Both the position numbers and the translations under genes were made by a program. Positions 41,399 to 48,809 of a stretch of 64,000 nt of DNA are shown here, piece after piece. Below the pieces are notes generated by a model. That model had not been told where the DNA came from and did not search any database. It saw only the letters and a list, made by a program, of their open reading frames with translations. The stretch is taken from contig OY843751.1 in NCBI GenBank assembly GCA_963693055.1, forward strand, positions 6,400,001-6,464,000. Direction: 5' to 3'. The DNA is from a bacterium. Lineage in GTDB: Bacteria; Zhuqueibacterota; Zhuqueibacteria; Residuimicrobiales; Krinioviventaceae. The stretch's first letter is position 1; each line of letters begins with the position of its first letter.

Positions 41399-41441
41399 CC
41401 ATTTTTTACACTAAAGTCATTTATTTAAAAAGGAGTGAATT

Positions 41442-42116
41442 ATGAATACTCTGAAAGTTTTTTGTTGGGCACTGGTCCTGTTTATTGCACAAAATGTTAC
41501 GGCCAAAACCGTAAAATATGTGGAATTGGGTGTCAACCGGTCTACATTTCGTAACGAAAGCTGTACGCCTGGTTGCGGTGTTTCTGTGGGATTTGGGATA
41601 GATTACTATCCGTGGCAAAAATTCGGGGGGTTTTGGGGGTGGGGGCTGAGTATTCAAAATAAAAAAATGGATATCAAGGACCGTACGTTACCTTCTGCTG
41701 CCCCGCCAGCAACACTTTCTTTTGTATCAATTAAAGATTTTGATATCAATATAACATTCATTGAAATACCCATCAAGTTGGGTTATTCCATTGATGTGGG
41801 AAAACACATTACCTTAACCTTTTTATCTGGTTATGCTATTTCTGTACCTCTCAATGATAACACAACATCGAACCCAATAAGAAGTAGGGAACTTGCACCG
41901 GAGGAAAAGGAAACTTTCGAATTTGATTATGTGCAAAAAGATGAAACACATGTAACGTCATCAAACTATCTCCTGGTCGGCACAAGTATAGCCTATCGTA
42001 ACATGTCTATCAGTATAGATTACTTGAGTGCAAGAACAGCAACTGAAAATATAGTAAATACAAGTTTGGGAGATAAAATTGATAGTATCAAAATTTCATT
42101 TGCATTTCTGTTTTAA
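41442..42116 (+). CDS. Outer-membrane beta-barrel (OMP_b-brl_2-like)
   Basis: ELGVNRS, FIEIPIKLGY; C-terminal FAFLF; signal peptide; AAGGAG RBS. Confidence 0.8.
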   Translation: MNTLKVFCWALVLFIAQNVTAKTVKYVELGVNRSTFRNESCTPGCGVSVGFGIDYYPWQKFGGFWGWGLSIQNKKMDIKDRTLPSAAPPATLSFVSIKDFDINITFIEIPIKLGYSIDVGKHITLTFLSGYAISVPLNDNTTSNPIRSRELAPEEKETFEFDYVQKDETHVTSSNYLLVGTSIAYRNMSISIDYLSARTATENIVNTSLGDKIDSIKISFAFLF

Positions 42117-42148
42117 CAAAAACAATCAAAAATTGAGGGGAATTAACC

Positions 42149-42214
42149 ATGCAAAATTATAAAAATGGTCTTTTTTTTATTGTGTTTGTTGTACTGGCTG
42201 TAAACAGCCCGTAG
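42149..42214 (+). pseudogene. Signal-peptide stub of a secreted gene interrupted by the REP/RAYT element
   Basis: GAGGGG RBS; MQNYKNGLFFIVFVVLAVNSP; the stop is the TAG of the REP GTAG. Confidence 0.5.
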
Positions 42215-42236
42215 CCTGGGCGTGTCGCCCAGGATT
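42211..42236 (+). repeat. GTAG-type REP (left)
   Basis: GTAG-CCTGGGCG-tgt-CGCCCAGG-ATT. Confidence 0.85.
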
Positions 42237-42255
42237 CATATGATTATTGATACAT

Positions 42256-42805
42256 TTATTCACCATAACTACTGCCAACCGGAACGGAACGCGTATCCCC
42301 CCAATCCGGATCATACCAACCTTATTTCACATATTTATGAAATGTTGACCAGGGCCACCTTTTCGGATGTTCAACAAGACCATGCTTAACCGGATTATAA
42401 TGAATATAATCAAAATGTTTAGTCAAATCATTATCATCTTGAATGACATGCTCCCAATACCGTCGCTGCCAAACTGCTGCTTCACGATGTTTTTTTACGG
42501 ACAATATTTCGGTCACCTTCCCACCCATTGTTTTGCAGCCATGATCGCGTAAATAAACTTTTTATCATTTTCCAGCGCATTGGAAAATCCGAATCACCAT
42601 TCGGTAATGTCAAGATGCAATGAATATGATCCGGTAACAAGCATATAGCATCTGTTTTAAACGGGTATGCATTTGCTGTTTTTTTCCAGACAGCATGTAA
42701 ACACTGTCTGGCAACCGCATGAGTTAAAAAAGGCATCCGATTATAGGTTACCACTGTAAAAAAGAATGTACCACCTGGAGCTATTGATCTACGATAACGA
42801 ACCAT
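42256..42805 (-). pseudogene. REP-associated tyrosine transposase (RAYT/TnpA-REP), disrupted
   Basis: YRRS..PGGTFFFTVVT, HUH motif PDHIH, WQRRYWEH, YIHYNPVKHG. Frameshift in A7 (42490-96) and in-frame TAA (42322-24) before GWYDPDWG...YGE*. Confidence 0.88.
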
Positions 42806-42984
42806 GAAATCCCCCTCTTGTTGATTGAATAAATTAGCATTTATTTATTATTAAACAATAATTTTATAATGTGTAACGTAATATACCCGAGTTGATCTGT
42901 TTTAAAAGCCAGACGAATAAAATCCGTGCCACTATTAGTACCACGGATTTTTTAGTTAGAATTTACAGTCCTAGTACCGGAAAA

Positions 42985-43010
42985 AATCCTGGGCCTCAGG
43001 CCCAGGCTAC
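42985..43010 (-). repeat. GTAG-type REP (right, inverted)
   Basis: Reverse complement reads GTAG-CCTGGGCC-tga-GGCCCAGG-ATT. Confidence 0.85.
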
Positions 43011-43099
43011 AAACTGGGTAGATATCGAAGAAAATATTGATATGAATGATACTGCTTTTGAAACATCATCTTCATTTTTTTACTCGTTCCCAAACTCCT

Positions 43100-44699
43100 C
43101 AGACTGTGTGAAAACAAACTATAGAACAGCTATTTTATAGACTTTAATGGGACAAAATGGAAAATAACATTTAAAATCACGAGTTTTCATTTTATACATT
43201 TTAATAATGCTTATTAATTGTTTCACACCAATAATATTCATTACTCTTTTCATGTTGTAAGCCAGAAATGATAAACTCATTTCCGTTTTAACCATTTCAA
43301 GCCCTTTACAAAGAAAATAGTAATGTCCCATTGCATATTTTATGGTCCCGTATGGATGTTCCACTATATTCCGCCTAGCGGCAATGATTTCTGGATTTTC
43401 TTTGACCCGTTGGCGCATTTCATCTATGATTCCTTCATGTTCCCATCGATAAATATGACGCACATCTTTGGCTGTAGTGCATTTTGATTTGAGTTTACAT
43501 TTTCGACAAGCCGCAGTCCAATATACCTTTTCTTTTTTGCCGTTATGATTTCTGAAGTATGTCCAATTCAATTGTTGTTTTGCGGGGCAAATATAGCAAT
43601 CGTCTTTAGCATTATATTGAAAACTTTTATTGGTATACAGCCCTTTTGCGCTGTTCTGTGATTTATTACCTTCCGGTAGAAAACATTCGATTTTATTATC
43701 ATGGCATTTTTTTATTTCATCTCTCTCATAGTATCCTAAATCAGCAACAGCGTTGAATCCTTCAATTTGAAATAACTCTTTCACCCTGTTTGTCATATTA
43801 TCAAGTTGATGCAGGTCATTCCCTTCGTTTGTAATATCAAAGTCAACGACCAACTTGTATTTACCGTCAACTGCACTTTGAATATTGTAACACGCATCCT
43901 GCCCCTTATGTCCCGTGCGCATGATACGGCAGTCAGGATCAGTCAGGGCAATCTGTGTTTCGCCTGTTGCCTCTAATTCAGCTTCATAGCCTTGCAGGGT
44001 GCTTTTTTGTGTCTTTAGGTGTTCAATCTTTTTTTTTACTTTATTTTCCGACGGATGGGAGGCACTCTTTTCATGTTTATCATTTTGTTCAATATTTTCA
44101 AGATAATCATTTATACTTTGATCTATTTCATTGATCATTTTTTTTATTTTCGTTTTACTAAAAACTTTTCTGGTGTGATTGACTGCAGCGAATTTACTGC
44201 CGTCTATGGCAATCAATTCCAGGGCAAACAAATTGAGTTCACGACAATAAAGGACAAATTCCCGATGTACTTTTTTAAGTGCTCCTTTATTGTCCTTTCG
44301 AAAATCTGCAATAGTTTTAAAGTCTGGTCGTAATCCACGAAGCAACCATATTACTTCTAAATTTTTGATTGTCTCTTTTTCAAGCATACGACTGGACCGA
44401 ACACGATTGAGATAACCATAAATGTATAATTTTAAAAGATCTGCCGGATTGTAAGGTTTTCTGCCTACTGCCTGGGGATCTGCATGGGTAAATCCGAGTT
44501 TAAGTAAGTCAAGAGTATCAACATAAGCGTCAAGAAACCTTACCGGATTATCTTCGGTTACATAGTCATCCATTACCGATGGAAACATCGTCTCCTGCTC
44601 TCGATTATGACCTTGAACATATCGCATAGTTGGATTCTCCTTTCAACTTGAATATCCAACTTTAATATCATATATTCAAGATCATTTTCACACAGTCTG
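43100..44699 (-). mobile_element. IS1182-family insertion sequence, 1600 bp
   Basis: Perfect 15-bp IRs CAGACTGTGTGAAAA (43100-14, 44685-99); 4-bp TSD TCCT (43096-99, 44700-03). Confidence 0.93.
43119..44627 (-). CDS. IS1182-family DDE transposase
   Basis: GRKPYNP..LLKLYIYGY, PDFKTIADFR, IDGSK, TDPD, ADLGY, RRNIVEHPYGTIK. Confidence 0.93.
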   Translation of the reverse strand: MRYVQGHNREQETMFPSVMDDYVTEDNPVRFLDAYVDTLDLLKLGFTHADPQAVGRKPYNPADLLKLYIYGYLNRVRSSRMLEKETIKNLEVIWLLRGLRPDFKTIADFRKDNKGALKKVHREFVLYCRELNLFALELIAIDGSKFAAVNHTRKVFSKTKIKKMINEIDQSINDYLENIEQNDKHEKSASHPSENKVKKKIEHLKTQKSTLQGYEAELEATGETQIALTDPDCRIMRTGHKGQDACYNIQSAVDGKYKLVVDFDITNEGNDLHQLDNMTNRVKELFQIEGFNAVADLGYYERDEIKKCHDNKIECFLPEGNKSQNSAKGLYTNKSFQYNAKDDCYICPAKQQLNWTYFRNHNGKKEKVYWTAACRKCKLKSKCTTAKDVRHIYRWEHEGIIDEMRQRVKENPEIIAARRNIVEHPYGTIKYAMGHYYFLCKGLEMVKTEMSLSFLAYNMKRVMNIIGVKQLISIIKMYKMKTRDFKCYFPFCPIKVYKIAVL

Positions 44700-44938
44700 T
44701 CCTATTTGGGAACGCCATGGCTGGATAAACTCCGTTTATCCAATATGTTAAGGATGTGTCTTTATTGTCTTGGAGACAATCCACCTAACGGTGGACAATC
44801 CCATTAAAATGGGATCTACAGGTAGAATGAAAATTGTTACGTTTCCCCTCGTTCCCGGCAACCGGTGCCAGAATTTGATTGCATCTGCCAGCTGGCGATA
44901 TACCGAGCGATCAAAGAAAAGTTTTAAGGACGAGTCCT

Positions 44939-44975
44939 AAAAGGCCTTTTGATGAATTTCAAGAGGCCTTTTTTT
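44939..44975 (+). terminator. Terminator-like hairpin
   Basis: aaaaggcctttt/aagaggcctttt followed by a T-run. Confidence 0.55.
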
Positions 44976-45048
44976 ATGCATTTCCACAAACTCGTTGACT
45001 GGTATTTATAAATATCCTATTTTTAGTTTTAAAAGGAGAGTATTGAAT

Positions 45049-45804
45049 ATGTCTGAATACAAGATTGAATCGTTGACACTGGATACGGTGCAGGAATATG
45101 GACTGGGGTGTTTAAAAAGTGTAAAGCATGTGGGTTTTGCACCCAAAACCGAGTGGTTTAAAGAAATGTCAGCCAATGGGCTGACGCAAAAGCAGATCAT
45201 TATAGATGGAAAATCCGTTGGTTTTATAGAGTATGTGCCGGGCGAGCACGCCTGGCGGGCTGTAAAAGCACCGGGATACATGGTGGTACATTGTATCTGG
45301 GTGTATCCCAAAGTCTATCAAAAACAGGGCTATGGCGCCATGCTGGTACAGGCATGCATTGAGGATGCCAGGTCACGCGGCATGAAAGGTGTTGCTGTAG
45401 TTACCAGTGAAGGCACATGGATTGCCAGCCGGGCATTGTTCACTGCACAGGGATTTGAGGTGGTGGATCGTCGTGATCGTTTTGAGCTGTTGGCGCTAAA
45501 ATTTGATCAGGCAGAGGACCCGATTTTTACCCCGGAAGCAGAGCTGGATGCGTATGATGGTTTTACGATTTTGATCTCGGATCAATGCCCCATGAACGCC
45601 AAATTTGTTCATGACATTCAGAATTATTGTGATGAAAAGGGACTGGAAGTGAGTACTGTCAAAATCACGTCTGCTGAGCAGGCCCAACGGAATCCCGGAG
45701 TGTTTGGTGTTTTTGCCATACTGTATCAGAACAAGGTTGTTGCTGACCATCCGGTAAGTTTGGGCCGGTTCAAGAATATTGTCCATAAAGAGTTGAAATT
45801 GTAA
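45049..45804 (+). CDS. GNAT acetyltransferase with YoaP-like C-terminal domain
   Basis: GFIEYVPGEHAWR, HCIWV, QKQGYG, SDQCP, SAEQAQ..P; AAGGAG RBS. Confidence 0.82.
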   Translation: MSEYKIESLTLDTVQEYGLGCLKSVKHVGFAPKTEWFKEMSANGLTQKQIIIDGKSVGFIEYVPGEHAWRAVKAPGYMVVHCIWVYPKVYQKQGYGAMLVQACIEDARSRGMKGVAVVTSEGTWIASRALFTAQGFEVVDRRDRFELLALKFDQAEDPIFTPEAELDAYDGFTILISDQCPMNAKFVHDIQNYCDEKGLEVSTVKITSAEQAQRNPGVFGVFAILYQNKVVADHPVSLGRFKNIVHKELKL

Positions 45805-45823
45805 TTCTAGTTGTAGAAAAACA

Positions 45824-45965
45824 ATGTCACTCGGCATATTTGAAGACATGGACCATCAGCCAACAGACGTAGATCTGCGAGATGTATTTTAAGACAGGTA
45901 CCTGGCTTGGAAATCCATCGAGCCTTTTGTGGACGAGACCTATCCTGTAATTATCCGGGATAGAT
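45824..45965 (+). pseudogene. Possible remnant of a DUF3788-like gene
   Basis: MSLGIFEDMDHQPTDVDLRDVF*DRYLAWKSIEPFVDETYP resembles DUF3788 N-termini as I recall them; in-frame TAA 45890-92. Confidence 0.35.
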
Positions 45966-45970
45966 CTTTT

Positions 45971-46408
45971 TCAGGCTTCTGCTTCCGCAAAGATTTTAAA
46001 ACTGTTCATGTCTTTCAGTGTCTGTTTGGGAAAGGCGCCTTTCATAAAAAATCCCACCAGCTTCATGAATCCACTGAATTCAAACACGTTTTCATTGCTC
46101 CAGCGAGTCAGTGATTCCCCTTCTTCCGTGAAACGGTTTACAACAAGATTGTGTACATTTTTTGCATCATAGGTGGCAGAAAACGCTTCCGGCAAATCAT
46201 GTTTTATAATGGTTTCAATCATTTCCAAATTGCGACCGTTCATATCATAGACCAATCTGGATTTTGAACCGGATTGTCCCGGTTCTCCGCTTATGGGCTC
46301 GAGTTTCTTTAATCCGGGCTGCCATTTGAACATATTGTCAGGATTGTCAAACAGTTCAATGACACGATTGCGAGGTAGTTTGATGAGAATATCTACGGTG
46401 TATTTCAT
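45971..46408 (-). CDS. SRPBCC (START-like) family protein
   Basis: I.LPR.RV..LFDNPDN..KWQPG; C-terminal helix DMNSFK.FAE; GGAGG RBS. Confidence 0.8.
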   Translation of the reverse strand: MKYTVDILIKLPRNRVIELFDNPDNMFKWQPGLKKLEPISGEPGQSGSKSRLVYDMNGRNLEMIETIIKHDLPEAFSATYDAKNVHNLVVNRFTEEGESLTRWSNENVFEFSGFMKLVGFFMKGAFPKQTLKDMNSFKIFAEAEA

Positions 46409-46477
46409 GCTGCCTCCGGTTATTGGTTTATCAAATAATAACAGGAAGCACGTTTAATATCATTCCAGGATTGATAA

Positions 46478-47032
46478 TTATTTTGAGGTTCCCCATTCCG
46501 TCTTTAACAACGCGTACAAATACTCATCTGTCCAGCGGCCTTTGGACCAGACGTTTTTGTGAAAATGGCCTTCACGTCTGAACCCCAGTTTTTCGAGCAG
46601 AGCGGCAGACGCTTTATTGTCGCTATCACAAACAGCTGTAACACGATGGATCGATGTATTTGTAAATACCCAATCCAAAACGGCTTTAACGCCTTCGCTG
46701 CCAAATCCTTTTCGTTGAAACTGTTGATTTACATTATAGCCGATTTCCGCCTGGGGGTATATGTCTTGGGAGATTTTGAGCGCAACATCGCCAATCAGTT
46801 TAGAGGTGGATTTGAGTTGAATGCCCAAACCTGTCCACCGTCCCGGTGCACCGAATTGTGCGTATTGATATTTCCGGATAAAAAAGCGGGTATTGTCGGC
46901 AGAGTAGGGTTCCCATAACTGAAAACGCGCAACCTCGGGATCGCCGCGATACTCTAAAATATCGTTCAGGTCTTTTAACCGAAACGGCCGCATAAGCAGC
47001 CGTTTGGTTTCTATAATAACAGTATCTTTCAT
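46478..47032 (-). CDS. RimJ/RimL-type GNAT acetyltransferase
   Basis: IETKRLLMRPF, AEIGY, QRKGFG.E, N.AS..LLEKLGFRREG. Confidence 0.9.
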   Translation of the reverse strand: MKDTVIIETKRLLMRPFRLKDLNDILEYRGDPEVARFQLWEPYSADNTRFFIRKYQYAQFGAPGRWTGLGIQLKSTSKLIGDVALKISQDIYPQAEIGYNVNQQFQRKGFGSEGVKAVLDWVFTNTSIHRVTAVCDSDNKASAALLEKLGFRREGHFHKNVWSKGRWTDEYLYALLKTEWGTSK

Positions 47033-48048
47033 TACAGGTGCTTTTTGTTTTGCAGATTGGTGTGTTTATTGTAACCAAATTCGTCATAGGGATTCAGTTT
47101 TTCAAGCCACAGTTCCTTTAATTCCAGCAGGTCTTTTTCTGAATTCCAGTCCGGATCGGTTTTGGGCTCCAGCACATCCAATATCTCGAATACAAAGGCA
47201 TCCTGTCCGAATTCGTTCCAATCGCTTTGCAGGTCCTTGTTGCGATGACTACCCAACTTGAGCTGAAAGCGGTAGCGGTTCAGCATACCCGGCAGGTTTT
47301 CGCTGCAACCAATAAACACCTTGTTGTTTTTGGTATTTCGGATCTGGAACACACCCATTGGTGGGGGGTTGTCCAGATATTGTCTCTTGAGTTCTTTTTT
47401 TGTGTCTTTCATTGTATGTCCATTTTCTGTTTTTACGTGTTGTGTAATGTCTTGCAGGGTCAACGGTTCTTCCCTGATCTCATCGTCTTCAAGCTCGGTT
47501 TTAACCAGGCGGTAGCGGTCGCCTGCTCTGACCATGAATCCTTCATCCACCAGCAACCTGCGGATGGTGCAATAGTCGTCATAGATGAATGTGATGAGCT
47601 CGTTGACCTGTGCTTCCTGATAGTCGTGACTTTTATCAAATGTGGATGCAATTACTTCCAGCACAATGATGCGCTTTTTGTGCTGGGTGGGAAGTTTGAT
47701 CAATCGTCCGTTTTCAAAAAAAGTGGCAATGACCTTTTGGATGTAGCGGTCCATGCGTTCTTCTTCTTTTTGTTTTTGCGGATTGTTAAAGCCGATCAAA
47801 TTCTCGAGCGTGATGAAAAACATGGGTTTTGCAGCATAATACATGACATAGTATTGCTGTTTTTCTTTATAGACGAGATTGGCCTGCTCTAACTTTTTGA
47901 GATGAAAAGAGACCGTAGACATGGAAAGATTGAGCCGCTGCGACAACTCTTCCACATAGCAGGGCTTTTGAAGCAACGCATTGGCAATGAGCAGCCGGGA
48001 CTCGTCTGCCAGGGCTTTCAAGATTTTTACGGTTTCTTTTAATTCCAT
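47032..48048 (-). CDS. ArsR HTH-DUF2087-GIY-YIG-like fusion protein
   Basis: KALADESRL...STVSFHLKKL; LP..HKKR...YQE.QVN...DYCTIRRLLVD; MGVFQIRN...FIG.S.NL...H.N..LQ.DW. Confidence 0.8.
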   Translation of the reverse strand: MELKETVKILKALADESRLLIANALLQKPCYVEELSQRLNLSMSTVSFHLKKLEQANLVYKEKQQYYVMYYAAKPMFFITLENLIGFNNPQKQKEEERMDRYIQKVIATFFENGRLIKLPTQHKKRIIVLEVIASTFDKSHDYQEAQVNELITFIYDDYCTIRRLLVDEGFMVRAGDRYRLVKTELEDDEIREEPLTLQDITQHVKTENGHTMKDTKKELKRQYLDNPPPMGVFQIRNTKNNKVFIGCSENLPGMLNRYRFQLKLGSHRNKDLQSDWNEFGQDAFVFEILDVLEPKTDPDWNSEKDLLELKELWLEKLNPYDEFGYNKHTNLQNKKHL

Positions 48049-48066
48049 AATGCATCCTGTGTTTGT

Positions 48067-48114
48067 TTTGATAACTATCAAAGTAAATATAGGATTTTTG
48101 TGTAAAAATGTCAA
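48067..48114 (-). promoter_or_regulatory. Sigma70 promoter with palindromic operator (probable ArsR autoregulation)
   Basis: Minus strand TTGACA-17-TATATT (48114-48086); TTTGATA-ac-TATCAAA palindrome 48067-82 over the predicted +1. Confidence 0.65.
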
Positions 48115-48224
48115 TGTATTTTTGTCATTATCGAAATGGATTTGGTAAATTGTGATGAAAAACAAAACGCAATGGGCGCGGTGGGATCGCAGGGTGCGCA
48201 AAGAGAATTGATCGGAATGATAAA

Positions 48225-48308
48225 AACCACAGAGGCACCGAGAGCGCAGAGAGAAGATAAGATTCCATTCAAAGAGATTTTTCCTCTGTGGCCTTTATCT
48301 CTGTGGTA
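48225..48308. repeat. Inverted pair of ACCACAGAG-type REP-like repeats
   Basis: aaccacagaggcaccgagagcgcagag ... cctctgtggcctttatctctgtggt. Confidence 0.7.
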
Positions 48309-48384
48309 AGTTTTTTTTAATTGACTTTATGATTTATTAAGTGATGCAGACATCTGCATCACGATCAACCCACCTGACAGAAAG

Positions 48385-48795
48385 TTATTGTTTCTTGTCT
48401 TCCTTGCACATGAATTCGGAATTTAAAAATCCATATTTTTCATACAAACCGTGCGCGTCTTTGGTGCGTAGGACTTGCATGCGATTGGGGATTTGCGGGT
48501 GTTCGGTTATGCACTGCATGAGGAATTTCCCCAATCCCTTGCCCCGGTGCGGAATGGCAATGATCACATCGGCGATCCAGGCAAAATAGGTATAATCTGT
48601 AACCACACGGGCAAACCCCACCTGTTCGCCATTTTGATAAATGTTGAAACACATCGAATTGAGAATAGACTGCTTAACTCCGTCAAATGTACGGTTATGC
48701 GCCCAATAGGTGTTGAGCAGCAGATGATAAACAGAATCTACATTGGTTTTTAAATTGTCATCATCAATTGTGTAATCCTGAAATTGCCATTCCAT
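48385..48795 (-). CDS. GNAT acetyltransferase
   Basis: TYWA..R, QVGFARVVTD, HRGKGLGK, TKDAHGLYEKYGF. Confidence 0.9.
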   Translation of the reverse strand: MEWQFQDYTIDDDNLKTNVDSVYHLLLNTYWAHNRTFDGVKQSILNSMCFNIYQNGEQVGFARVVTDYTYFAWIADVIIAIPHRGKGLGKFLMQCITEHPQIPNRMQVLRTKDAHGLYEKYGFLNSEFMCKEDKKQ

Positions 48796-48809
48796 GTTGC
48801 CTCTTTTCT

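Noticed and set aside
41220-41402. 60-aa minus-strand ORF across leader copy 2
   Set aside because: Antisense to the promoter, and the frame is not preserved in copy 1 (1-nt indel).
42892-43140. 82-aa ORF as a real gene
   Set aside because: It is a chimera of REP, a gene remnant, a palindrome and the IS end.
16641-45892. Three in-frame TAA codons in otherwise continuous frames (putP, RAYT, DUF3788-like), suggesting TAA recoding
   Set aside because: TAA is the normal stop for many intact genes here, often directly followed by terminators; ordinary nonsense mutations suffice.
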